From: Verrucomicrobiota bacterium
GTDB taxonomy: Bacteria; Verrucomicrobiota; Verrucomicrobiia; Limisphaerales; SXQI01
Reading direction: 5' to 3'
NCBI GenBank assembly: GCA_033762115.1
Contig: JANRLX010000023.1
Coordinates: 1-21,695, forward strand
DNA: 21,695 nucleotides
Shown: positions 1-7,779 of the stretch, piece after piece
How the letters are laid out: the number at the start of each line of letters is the position of its first letter
Position numbering within the stretch: the first letter of the stretch is position 1
Made by a program: the position numbers and the translations under genes
Notes under the pieces: generated by a model
Database searches by the model: none
What the model was told of the DNA's origin: nothing
What the model saw: only the letters and a program-made list of their open reading frames with translations

Positions 1-1
1 C

Positions 2-1051
2 TGGGATTTGGACGCTGGATTGCGTGTGGATGCGGAGGGGGTGAGGATTGACCAGGACCATACGTTCAACAACCGGGGCAATATCGAGTGGGCTGAGGAT
101 ATTCAATATATCGACCACGTTGAAAACGCGGCAGAGCATGCGATCAGCCGGTCATGGGTCCTACCAGCAGGTGATTACACGATCAACCTGGGGGGCAATT
201 CACCAGCGACGAGTGCGGAAGGGCGGCAGGGGTACAAGGCGATTTTCAAGACGGAAGCTGCCAGCGCACCGGTAGGAAATGCCAGCCTGACGACGATTGC
301 ATTTTCTGAGATCGGCATCCCTTATGGCATCGGCATCGCAATGGATGACGAGGCGAGGGTGGAGACATTGCCGGACCATGTGGGAGCGTGGAGTTGGGAT
401 GAGGACAGTTTCCCTGAAACTGCGCGTGGCTGGACTCATACGTCCAAGTTTGTGAAATTGAATCTTCAACAATCGGCTTCGCTGACGGTGACCCTTTCAA
501 ATCTGGCGGATGTTCCGTGGCCAAGCACGGCGGAACCAGCCCGCCTGGCGGGGAACAATCTGTTTCCGTCATTTACAATTTATAAAGGGTGGGACACGGA
601 TGCCGGAGTGCAGGTTGATGGTGAAGGCCAGACCATTGACCAGGATCATACTTTTAATAATCGTGGCAATATCGAATGGGCGGAGGATGTGATTTACATG
701 GATCACCTGGAGAACAGCACGGAACATAGCGCGACCAAAACGTGGATTCTACCAGCAGGTCGCTACACGATCAACCTGGGGGGCAATTCACCAGCGACGA
801 CTGCGGAAGGGCGGCAGGGGTACAAGGCGGTCCTCACGACCACGCCGGTGGCTTTGGTGCAAGCAGCCAGTGCAGATGGGAAGATCACTTTTGCATGGTC
901 TGAATCGAACAGCGGCTACAGTTTGTACAGTTCTGATTCGGTGGATGGGCCCTGGGAATTGGTGGGCGGAACGACGCTGACTGCGCATGGTCGAAAAGAG
1001 CAAAGCGTCTCGGTGTCGCCGGGAATGAAATTCTTCGTGCTGAAGAAGTAG
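2..1051 (+). CDS. 5'-truncated protein with tandem CorA/MopE-like (candidate copper-binding) domains and a C-terminal putative sorting domain
   Basis: Frame is open to the window edge (TGG GAT TTG GAC = WDLD, matching WDTD in the next repeat). Internal repeat period is 196 aa (DQDHTFNNRGNIEWAED...LPAGxYTINLGGNSPATxAEGRQGYKA twice). The full unit contains HVGAWSW, GWTHTS, LFPSFTIYKGWD and DHTFNN, resembling methanotroph CorA/MopE from recall. Ends GPWELVG...MKFFVLKK. Confidence 0.65.
   Translation, partial: WDLDAGLRVDAEGVRIDQDHTFNNRGNIEWAEDIQYIDHVENAAEHAISRSWVLPAGDYTINLGGNSPATSAEGRQGYKAIFKTEAASAPVGNASLTTIAFSEIGIPYGIGIAMDDEARVETLPDHVGAWSWDEDSFPETARGWTHTSKFVKLNLQQSASLTVTLSNLADVPWPSTAEPARLAGNNLFPSFTIYKGWDTDAGVQVDGEGQTIDQDHTFNNRGNIEWAEDVIYMDHLENSTEHSATKTWILPAGRYTINLGGNSPATTAEGRQGYKAVLTTTPVALVQAASADGKITFAWSESNSGYSLYSSDSVDGPWELVGGTTLTAHGRKEQSVSVSPGMKFFVLKK
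161..829 (+). repeat. Intragenic direct repeat, 161-241 vs 749-829 (period 588 bp)
   Basis: 81-bp segments matching at 77/81 positions by eye; differences are GAT/CGC and AGT/ACT. Confidence 0.9.
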
Positions 1052-1091
1052 CTTCCTGGTTACCGGATTTATAAAGCCGGTCCTGCAAACG

Positions 1092-1125
1092 ACCGTCACG
1101 GGTGGTTCCGTGACGGTTTTATTTT
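1092..1125 (+). terminator. Rho-independent terminator
   Basis: Perfect 10-bp stem ACCGTCACGG / CCGTGACGGT, 6-nt loop GTGGTT, then TTTATTTT; 40 nt after the stop at 1051. Confidence 0.8.
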
Positions 1126-1146
1126 AAGTGCAGCGGAGAACAATCT

Positions 1147-1174
1147 TTGGCTTTGATTGAGCAATTAAAGCCAA
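1147..1174. promoter_or_regulatory. Palindromic candidate operator upstream of the USP gene
   Basis: TTGGCTTTGATTG-AG-CAATTAAAGCCAA: 13-bp arms with 1 mismatch and a 2-nt spacer, ending 39 nt before ATG 1214. Confidence 0.55.
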
Positions 1175-1213
1175 GCAGAGGTTGAGGGCGCATGGCACCG
1201 TTTTCATAAAGCC

Positions 1214-2131
1214 ATGAAAAAAATATTATTCGCTTATGACGGGACCCCGGGAGCCATCCTTGCGATGAGGGGAACAGTGCGGGCGGGGCTTCCGATTTCA
1301 GTGGAGGCCAGAGTCCTGACGATTGCTGATGTGTGGCTGCCGCCAATCGCGCCGGTGGCTGATCCGCTGGCGATGCAGCCATCGCTGGTGGTTGCGCGGG
1401 AGAATGCGGAATCGATCCTCAGGGAGGCACGGGAGAGGGCAACAGAAGGGGCGCATCTGCTGCATGAGTTGTTCCCGAGCTGGACGATCACAAGCAGCGC
1501 AATTCCAGATTCACCGACCTGGGCGATCACCGCGGAGGCGAGACGGTGGGGAGCGGACATGATCGTGGTGGGATCGCACGGGCGGAGCTCGCTGGAACGG
1601 TTTTTTCTGGGGAGCGTTTCGTACAAGGTGGCGGCGGAGGCTTCCTGTTCGGTGCGAATTGTCCGGCCAGCAGATCGTCCCGAGCACAGGGGGGTGCGTG
1701 TGATGATCGCGGTGGATGGATCGGAAGATGGGCAAAGGGCGGTGGAGGAAGCGTTGGAGCGAAGGTGGTCTTCGAGGGCGGAGTTGCACCTGGTGACGGT
1801 AATCGACCCGAAAGTAAAGGGCAGTGTGGCCGGAAAGCATTTTGAATTTGGGCAGGGGCTGGACCGGGTTGAGGATTCACTGAAGCCGATGCTGGACAGT
1901 TTGGCCGCAAAATTTGAGGAAAATGAAATGGAGGTTTATATCCATATCCTTGAGGGGGACCCGAAGCATGCGTTGTTGCGGCATGCTGAAGTCCATGATG
2001 TGGATGTCATTTTCCTGGGGGCACGAGGGCTTGATCATGGGAAACGTCTTTACCTCGGTACCCTGGCCTCGGCGATTTGCACCCGGGCGCATTGCACGGT
2101 GGAAGTGGTGCGTTCAGCCCAGCATGGGTGA
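1214..2131 (+). CDS. Universal stress protein, tandem USP domains
   Basis: KKILFAYDGT; ADMIVVGSHGRSSLERFFLGSVSYKV...ASCSVRIVR; second domain VMIAVDGS...DVIFLGARG...LGTLASAICTRAHCTVEVVR. Confidence 0.93.
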   Translation: MKKILFAYDGTPGAILAMRGTVRAGLPISVEARVLTIADVWLPPIAPVADPLAMQPSLVVARENAESILREARERATEGAHLLHELFPSWTITSSAIPDSPTWAITAEARRWGADMIVVGSHGRSSLERFFLGSVSYKVAAEASCSVRIVRPADRPEHRGVRVMIAVDGSEDGQRAVEEALERRWSSRAELHLVTVIDPKVKGSVAGKHFEFGQGLDRVEDSLKPMLDSLAAKFEENEMEVYIHILEGDPKHALLRHAEVHDVDVIFLGARGLDHGKRLYLGTLASAICTRAHCTVEVVRSAQHG

Positions 2132-2171
2132 TGGCGCACCGGGGGTGTGATCCATCGGAAGGGGGCCGGGA

Positions 2172-3446
2172 TTATTCTGTGGTTGTCAGGAGTGTCCCGG
2201 CGACGACGCGGCGGAATTCTTCAAAAGAGATGGCGCCCTGAGTGAGCAGTTCGAGCGCTTCAGTGAAAAGAAAGCGGTGGCCGCGATCATTGAGCCAGGC
2301 GCGGAGTCGATGTTCATCAGCGTGCTGAATAATGGCCTGGCAATCCTCCGGCTGGAGGCGCCAGAGTTCGAACACGCCGGTTCTTCCCCTGACGCCGAGC
2401 TGATGGCATTTTTCGCACCCTTTGCTTTCCCAAAAATGGGCGGGGCAATCGATATCGAGGGACTGAAACCATTCCTGCTGGAAACGTTCGGGGCTTTTTC
2501 GTTCGCTGCAATCGCTGCAAAGCTTCCTGACCAGGCGCTGGGAAAGGACGACGGAAAGTGATTCGGCGATTTCATGGTCATTCAATCCCCAGTTCCGGAG
2601 GGCGCTGATTGTTCCGACGCAATCCCGGCTGTGCAGGGTGGTGAGCAGCACTCTGCCAGCGATGGCGGCGCGGACGGCAGTGTGCGCTGACTCGGCATCC
2701 CTCATTTCACCGACCATCATGTAATCCGGATCGTGCCGGAGCACAGCCTTGATGCCATCAGCAAACTGGAAATGATGCAGTTCATCGATCTGGATTTGCG
2801 AGACTCCATCGATTTGATACTCCACCGGATCTTCAAGCGAGAGGATGACCTTGTTGAGAAGCTTTAATGAATGGAGCAAAGCATAGAGGGTGGTTGTCTT
2901 GCCGCTGCCGGTGGGCCCGGTGGCCACAAAGAGTCCATTGATGTCATTGATCCATTGGGAGAGCAGGGTGATGTGGGCGGAGGCAAAACCGAGGTCATGG
3001 ATGGAGCGTTCGAGGCGAAGGGGATCGAGAATCCTGACGGTCAATGTTTCGCGATCAAGCACGGGGGCGAGGGCCAGGCGGAGGTCCACAGACGCTTTGC
3101 GATGCTCGAAGCGGGCATGCCCGTCGCGTGGAGTGAATCGAATGATGGGGTCGAGATTGGCCAGGGCCTTGAACTGGTTTACCAGGACTTTGCCAATTTC
3201 CGTAGGGAGATGGCAGATGTCCCTGACAACGCCATCCAGCCGAATGCGAATGCGTGTGCCGGACCGGTGGGGTTCGATATGGATATCCGAAGCGCCGAGT
3301 CGGCAACTGTCCTCAAGCAATGCCTGGGCAAGGTCGGCGTTGCCGGAGTGCTCCGTGGCAAACTCCGAATAACGGTCGAGCAAAGCGGAAGAGAAATGGG
3401 GCATCAGGGCGGGATGCATGCTGCGGAGGGCAGGGTAACGGTCCAT
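2172..3446 (-). CDS. GspE/PulE/PilB-family secretion/pilus assembly ATPase, short N-terminus
   Basis: GASDIHIEP, RIRLDGV, DLRLA, Walker A GPTGSGKTTTLY, Asp box LEDPVEY, LRHDPD, Walker B MMVGEMRD, TLH, SQRLVRKLC, tetracysteine CSDC...GCEKC, GRTGVFE. Start placed at ATG 3446, 4 nt after the upstream stop; ATG 3419 is an alternative. Confidence 0.92.
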   Translation of the reverse strand: MDRYPALRSMHPALMPHFSSALLDRYSEFATEHSGNADLAQALLEDSCRLGASDIHIEPHRSGTRIRIRLDGVVRDICHLPTEIGKVLVNQFKALANLDPIIRFTPRDGHARFEHRKASVDLRLALAPVLDRETLTVRILDPLRLERSIHDLGFASAHITLLSQWINDINGLFVATGPTGSGKTTTLYALLHSLKLLNKVILSLEDPVEYQIDGVSQIQIDELHHFQFADGIKAVLRHDPDYMMVGEMRDAESAHTAVRAAIAGRVLLTTLHSRDCVGTISALRNWGLNDHEIAESLSVVLSQRLVRKLCSDCSERKSPERFQQEWFQSLDIDCPAHFWESKGCEKCHQLGVRGRTGVFELWRLQPEDCQAIIQHADEHRLRAWLNDRGHRFLFTEALELLTQGAISFEEFRRVVAGTLLTTTE

Positions 3447-3450
3447 AGTA

Positions 3451-3942
3451 TTAAATTTCCTCGCTGGCAAGATCACGCCGGGCGGCGAGCAACCGGTTGA
3501 TCAGGACATGGGCGATCCGTTTCATGACTTCGTAACCGAGATCATGGTTTTGTTCGCAAAATTCCCTTATCCGGGTGCCGTAAAGGAAAACAGCCTCGGT
3601 CTCCTCGAGTGCCCTGGCATCGAAGTGCCAGTAAAAGGGGGGGTAAAGCCAGGACCAGCCGAGAACATCCTGAGGGCCGATGATCTGGATTGTTTTCACG
3701 ACGCCTTCGTTGCCGGTGCGTTCGAGGATAATCCTGCCGCTCTTGATCAGATAAAAGCGATTGGCGGGATCGCCTTCACGAAAAATTTGTTCCCCGGCGG
3801 CAAATTTCGTTGCCATGGCGCAATCGGCAATAATTTCGAGATGCTCCTGGCTTAGACCGTGGAGGAACGGATGTTCCCTGATCGGCTCGAGGACTTTAGG
3901 GATTTTTACTTGATCATGTGGAGGGGCTGGTTCGGTTTTCAT
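3451..3942 (-). CDS. Stand-alone cyclic nucleotide-binding (Crp effector fold) protein, no HTH
   Basis: HPFLHGLS, FAAGEQIFREGDPANRFYLIKSGRI, IGPQDVLGWSWL, ARALEET, then the C-helix and stop. Start at ATG 3942 avoids overlap with the upstream paralog. Confidence 0.88.
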   Translation of the reverse strand: MKTEPAPPHDQVKIPKVLEPIREHPFLHGLSQEHLEIIADCAMATKFAAGEQIFREGDPANRFYLIKSGRIILERTGNEGVVKTIQIIGPQDVLGWSWLYPPFYWHFDARALEETEAVFLYGTRIREFCEQNHDLGYEVMKRIAHVLINRLLAARRDLASEEI

Positions 3943-3946
3943 AGTT

Positions 3947-4480
3947 TTAAAATTCTTTATAATCGTCTTTAGAGGCATTGGTGGATAGACGATAGACCTC
4001 CCGGCGTGAACGAATCAGTTCGAGGCGGGAGCATTGCAATCGTTGCACCATCACCGCAGAAAAGCGTTTCATCAGTTCGTAACCGAACTCGTAATTTTTC
4101 TCACAAATTTCGCGCAGCCTGGTGCCGCAGAAAAACAGGACCTGGGAGGGGCTGACTGCCCTGGCTGTGAATTGCCAGAGGTGCGGTGGAAAAAGCCAGG
4201 ACCAGCCCAGGATTTCGCTCTTTCCGAGAACGGTCAATCGGCATGGCTCACGATTTTCCTCGAAGAGAAGGCTGACCTTTCCCTCCTCGATCAGGTAAAA
4301 ACAGTTGGCTTGTTCGCCCTGTCGGAAAATCAACTGACCCGGATTAAACCGGATGCGCATCGCAGCCTGCGCGAGAATATCAATCCATTCCGGCTTCAAG
4401 CCTTCAAAAACAGGCATCCGGGCGAGGGATTGTGAAATGGCGAGTGGCTCTGAGAGCGATGGGTTAGTGAGGGTTTGCAT
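3947..4480 (-). CDS. Stand-alone cyclic nucleotide-binding (Crp effector fold) protein, paralog of the adjacent gene
   Basis: MPVFEGL, FNPGQLIFRQGEQANCFYLIEEGKV, ILGWSWLFPPHLWQFTARA, GTRLREICEKNYEFGYELMKR; 177 aa, no HTH. Confidence 0.88.
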   Translation of the reverse strand: MQTLTNPSLSEPLAISQSLARMPVFEGLKPEWIDILAQAAMRIRFNPGQLIFRQGEQANCFYLIEEGKVSLLFEENREPCRLTVLGKSEILGWSWLFPPHLWQFTARAVSPSQVLFFCGTRLREICEKNYEFGYELMKRFSAVMVQRLQCSRLELIRSRREVYRLSTNASKDDYKEF

Positions 4481-4547
4481 GGAGATAACTTACAATGCGG
4501 GAAGCAGGCCACTACCCAATCCTTGCCCTTTAAACCACATTCCTTGG

Positions 4548-5273
4548 TTAATCCATGGAAGGAGCGTGGGGCGCCGCATTGTCTTTGCTCGCGCAACGTT
4601 CACAGCGCAGCCCGGCGTTTGAAGCGGAGGGGCTGACAAACGGAATTCCAAGGGACATCCCGCGCAGAAGCAGGGCCAGCCCGATGATACCGAGTGTGAG
4701 CGGAACCAATGCCCTGAGGGGTTTTTGGGCGGTCCATCTCGAAAATGAATTTCCGGCGAGCGAGATTGCCAGCATCACGGGTAAGGTCCCCAGGCCGAAA
4801 AGGAGCATCTGCCGGACGGCCATTTCAACAGAGCCGGAAGCAATGGAGACGGTTCCCGCGGCGTAAACCAGGCCACAGGGCAAAAGGCCGTTAATTCCTC
4901 CGAGGCAAGCCAATGACATCCAGGAAGGAGCAGCGAGAAATCGATGGAAAACTGTTTTCAACCAGAGCGGCAGTTTCAAAAGAGGGTTTTTCAATCGCGC
5001 CTGTCCGAGCAGCAAAAAAATCAGCAGGGCCGATCCCGTGAGAATCGAGAGCCATTGTTGAATACCGACGAGCGCAAGTGATTTCCCGATCAAACCAAAA
5101 ACGAGGCCCAGCACCCCGTAGATCGCAATGCGCCCGAGGTGGTAAACCACCCTGCTAGCGAGAATGGCTCGGCGGGAGTTGCCTCGCACCGGGACGGCAA
5201 GGACCAGCGGCCCGCACATTGCGGCGCAATGCAGGCTACCGACCAATCCCATGATGAAAGCGGAGAGCAACAT
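4548..5273 (-). CDS. cbb3-associated DsbD_2 / TauE-SafE-like membrane protein
   Basis: GLVGSLHCAAMCGP, YHLGRI, NGLLPCGLVY, FGLGTLP, several hydrophobic helices, C-terminal CERC; usual position after ccoH. Start at ATG 5273. Confidence 0.88.
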   Translation of the reverse strand: MLLSAFIMGLVGSLHCAAMCGPLVLAVPVRGNSRRAILASRVVYHLGRIAIYGVLGLVFGLIGKSLALVGIQQWLSILTGSALLIFLLLGQARLKNPLLKLPLWLKTVFHRFLAAPSWMSLACLGGINGLLPCGLVYAAGTVSIASGSVEMAVRQMLLFGLGTLPVMLAISLAGNSFSRWTAQKPLRALVPLTLGIIGLALLLRGMSLGIPFVSPSASNAGLRCERCASKDNAAPHAPSMD

Positions 5274-5277
5274 GGTA

Positions 5278-5727
5278 TTACTTCTTAAGGAGGAGGGGTT
5301 GCTCGAAAAAATATTCCTGACCATTCTGCTGCCATTCCACGCGGATTTTCCAGAACCCATCCTCAATTGTGGAAATATCGATTTTCTGCATCCCGTTTGA
5401 GGAGGTTTTCAAAGGCATGCGGCGATCCAGTTTTTCGTTGGAAGGGCGGTAAAAATGAATTGTTCCTTCAACTTCATTGGCTCCTTCGGGAAGCTGAATC
5501 AACACGTTGCGGTGGGTGGCGTTTGGAGCAATCGTGATTTTGCCTCCCAGGGCCAGGGTGCGGCTGACACGGTCGATCTGTTTTTGGTAAGTGATTTCGT
5601 GAGCGTAGTAATCTGGCCGGACGAGTTGATCATCGTTCCTGATGGCGAATGTGACCCAGTAGATGATTCCGCTGATGAACAAAATAAAGTATCCAATGAT
5701 TGCGCAGGGCCAGGGGTTTCGTTTCAT
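5278..5727 (-). CDS. ccoH: cbb3 oxidase accessory protein CcoH/FixH
   Basis: N-terminal TM helix, LVRPDYYAHEITYQKQID, GTIHFYRPSNEKLD, GFWKIRVEW; directly after ccoG. Start at ATG 5727. Confidence 0.88.
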   Translation of the reverse strand: MKRNPWPCAIIGYFILFISGIIYWVTFAIRNDDQLVRPDYYAHEITYQKQIDRVSRTLALGGKITIAPNATHRNVLIQLPEGANEVEGTIHFYRPSNEKLDRRMPLKTSSNGMQKIDISTIEDGFWKIRVEWQQNGQEYFFEQPLLLKK

Positions 5728-5728
5728 A

Positions 5729-7174
5729 TCAATTCCGCGGACCGACGAATACTGTCCGGACTGTTTCCAATTTTTCGTTTGCTGAAATGACCTCGATTTC
5801 CAGTTTCGTTTTGCCGGGGAGGAGAAACCGTTTTTCGATTTCAACCAGGACGGATGTCTGGGCGAGGCTGCCTTTTGCGACGGTGAAATGTGTGTCGCCC
5901 ATGACCCGCAAATTTCCCTCGAGGTTCAGCAGTTTGAATTCCAGGGGAAGGTCGCGGTTCGTTTTGTTGATCGTCTTGACTGTATAAAGGTTGGAGATTT
6001 TATCGCCTGGCAATTCCTGGAAAAGTGCTCCGGGGGCGCGGAGAAAGGCAGTTTCCGTCCCAGTGCGGGTGAATAATAAGAAAATGAAAAGGACGCTTAA
6101 GGCGGCCAGCACGGCGGCGTAGCAAGCCATCCTGGCGGTGAAACGAAAGCGCTCCTTGCGATCAATGCTGTTGAGGCTGGCGTAACGAACCAGACCAGGG
6201 GGGAGATTCAGCTTTGCCATGACAGCATCGCAGGCATCAATGCATGCGGTGCAATTAACGCACTCCATTTGGGTGCCGTTGCGGATATCGATCCCGGTGG
6301 GACAAACCGCGACACATTGGAAACAGTCCACGCAATCGCCCGAGCCCGCTGATTTTCGCTTGAGCGGCCCCCGTTTCTCGCCGCGTTTATGATCGTAGGC
6401 GACCACCATGCTGTTTTCATCGAGGATTGCTGACTGGAAACGGCCGTAAGGACAAATAAAGGTGCATGCCTGCTCGCGAAAACGCGCAAAGATCAGGTAA
6501 AATATCGCGGTGAACACCAGCATAAAGCCAAGTCCCACGAGGTGATTGCGGGGATCATCGACCACAATCTCCAGCAGCGACTCCAGGCCGATGATATAAC
6601 TGAGCAGCCAGTTCCCAATCGCAAAGGAAAGTCCAAGAAAGAGGAGGTGCTTGAACCCTTTCCTGAGAATTTTTGGACGGTCCCATTTCGCCGCATCCAG
6701 CGCCCGCCGGGAGGCGGCATCCCCTTCAATGAGGTATTCGATTTTCCTGAAGACCATTTCCATCAGCACCGTTTGCGGGCAGGCCCAACCGCACCAAAGC
6801 CGGCCAAAGGCGCTGGTGAAAATGATGATTCCCATAAGAAACAGAAGCATCGCCACAGCGAAGATGACCATGTCCTGGGGCCAGAAAATCTGGCCCAGAA
6901 TGGAAAACCTTCGCTCGATCAGATTCATCATCAGCAATGGATTGCCCCCGATGGTGATGAATGGCCCGATAAACATCAGACCGAGGAGCAACCAGCTCAT
7001 GTAGGTGCGATAGCGGTACCATTTGCCGGTCACTTTTTTCGGATAAACCCATTTGCGGCGGCCATCCTTTTCCGCAGTTGCCAAATGGTCACGAAAATCC
7101 TCCCAGGCAATCGGTTGTGAGACTGACTGGCCTGGATTGACTGTTTGATCATCTGGTTCCTGGAGGGTGGGCAT
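5729..7174 (-). CDS. ccoG: Cytochrome c oxidase accessory protein CcoG/FixG (cupric reductase family)
   Basis: FWPQD, GRLWCGWACPQTV, REQACTFICPYGRFQ, 4Fe-4S motifs CVDCFQCVAVCPTGIDIR and ECVNCTACIDAC, C-terminal FixG Ig-like region. Confidence 0.96.
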   Translation of the reverse strand: MPTLQEPDDQTVNPGQSVSQPIAWEDFRDHLATAEKDGRRKWVYPKKVTGKWYRYRTYMSWLLLGLMFIGPFITIGGNPLLMMNLIERRFSILGQIFWPQDMVIFAVAMLLFLMGIIIFTSAFGRLWCGWACPQTVLMEMVFRKIEYLIEGDAASRRALDAAKWDRPKILRKGFKHLLFLGLSFAIGNWLLSYIIGLESLLEIVVDDPRNHLVGLGFMLVFTAIFYLIFARFREQACTFICPYGRFQSAILDENSMVVAYDHKRGEKRGPLKRKSAGSGDCVDCFQCVAVCPTGIDIRNGTQMECVNCTACIDACDAVMAKLNLPPGLVRYASLNSIDRKERFRFTARMACYAAVLAALSVLFIFLLFTRTGTETAFLRAPGALFQELPGDKISNLYTVKTINKTNRDLPLEFKLLNLEGNLRVMGDTHFTVAKGSLAQTSVLVEIEKRFLLPGKTKLEIEVISANEKLETVRTVFVGPRN

Positions 7175-7188
7175 AGTCCGGTCACTGG

Positions 7189-7779
7189 TTACTCGAATTC
7201 GCTTGGTTTATTGTTCTGGGGCGCCTGATTTTCCGGCGGTTTTGGATTGGCCGGGTTGGAGCCGCGCAATTTGTAAATGTGACTGGCCACAGCCTGGACT
7301 TCGCTGGGTTTTAAAACGCCGCGCCACATGAGCATCCCTTTTTCCGGCACTCCGTTGATAATTGTCCGGAGGGTGTCCTGGTAAGTGCCCCCGTGAATCC
7401 AGTAGTCATCGCATAAGTTTGGGCCGACCAGACCTCCACCGTCAGCGCGATGGCAGGGGGCGCAGTAGGTTGTGTAAACCTGCGCACCCTGTCGGAGCAG
7501 CGAGGGGTCGTTTGAAGGTTGGAGTGAGGAAAGGTTTTTTTCAAAAGAGGCCAGCGCCACCGACTTGAGTTCCTCCCCCGCCCTGGCCTCCTTGAGATAG
7601 GCTGTAGCCTGGGTGTCTCCAAGGCCGAGCAGGTGAAAATAGATCAAGTAAAGGAGGCCGAAGAGGTTGCAGCCCCAGAAGAGCCAGACCCACCAGCGTG
7701 GCAGGAGGTTGTCCAGTTCCTTGATTCCATCGGCCTCATGATTGAGAACGGGAACCTGTTTTTCCGGATCAGTCTTCAT
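7189..7779 (-). CDS. ccoP: cbb3 oxidase subunit III CcoP, short monoheme form
   Basis: HEADGIKELDNLLPRWW N-terminal motif, TM helix, a single CAPCH, GPNL, KGM (likely Met ligand). Confidence 0.92.
   Translation of the reverse strand: MKTDPEKQVPVLNHEADGIKELDNLLPRWWVWLFWGCNLFGLLYLIYFHLLGLGDTQATAYLKEARAGEELKSVALASFEKNLSSLQPSNDPSLLRQGAQVYTTYCAPCHRADGGGLVGPNLCDDYWIHGGTYQDTLRTIINGVPEKGMLMWRGVLKPSEVQAVASHIYKLRGSNPANPKPPENQAPQNNKPSEFE

Noticed and set aside
161..829. Near-identical repeats as a diversity-generating retroelement TR/VR pair or CRISPR repeats
   Set aside because: Both copies are in-frame parts of one repeated domain, mismatches are not adenine-specific, and there is no reverse transcriptase, cas gene or spacer array.
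1193..1208. TGGCAC resembling a sigma54 -24 element upstream of usp
   Set aside because: No GC at the -12 position (TGGCACCGTTTTCAT) and too close to the ATG.
2132..2171. Terminator between the convergent usp and gspE-like genes
   Set aside because: Only a short weak stem (GCACC/GGTGT) with no U-tract on either strand.
2871..3500. 209-aa + strand ORF and other long antisense or alternate-frame ORFs (6542-7120, 8743-9411, 11135-11719, 11804-12370, 20299-20853)
   Set aside because: They overlap motif-supported genes and have no recognisable motifs; expected shadow ORFs in GC-rich DNA.
3451..4480. Calling the two cNMP-domain genes fnr/crp or truncated pseudogenes
   Set aside because: No HTH and no FNR N-terminal Cys cluster; both end cleanly after the C-helix with tight operon spacing, consistent with intact stand-alone proteins.
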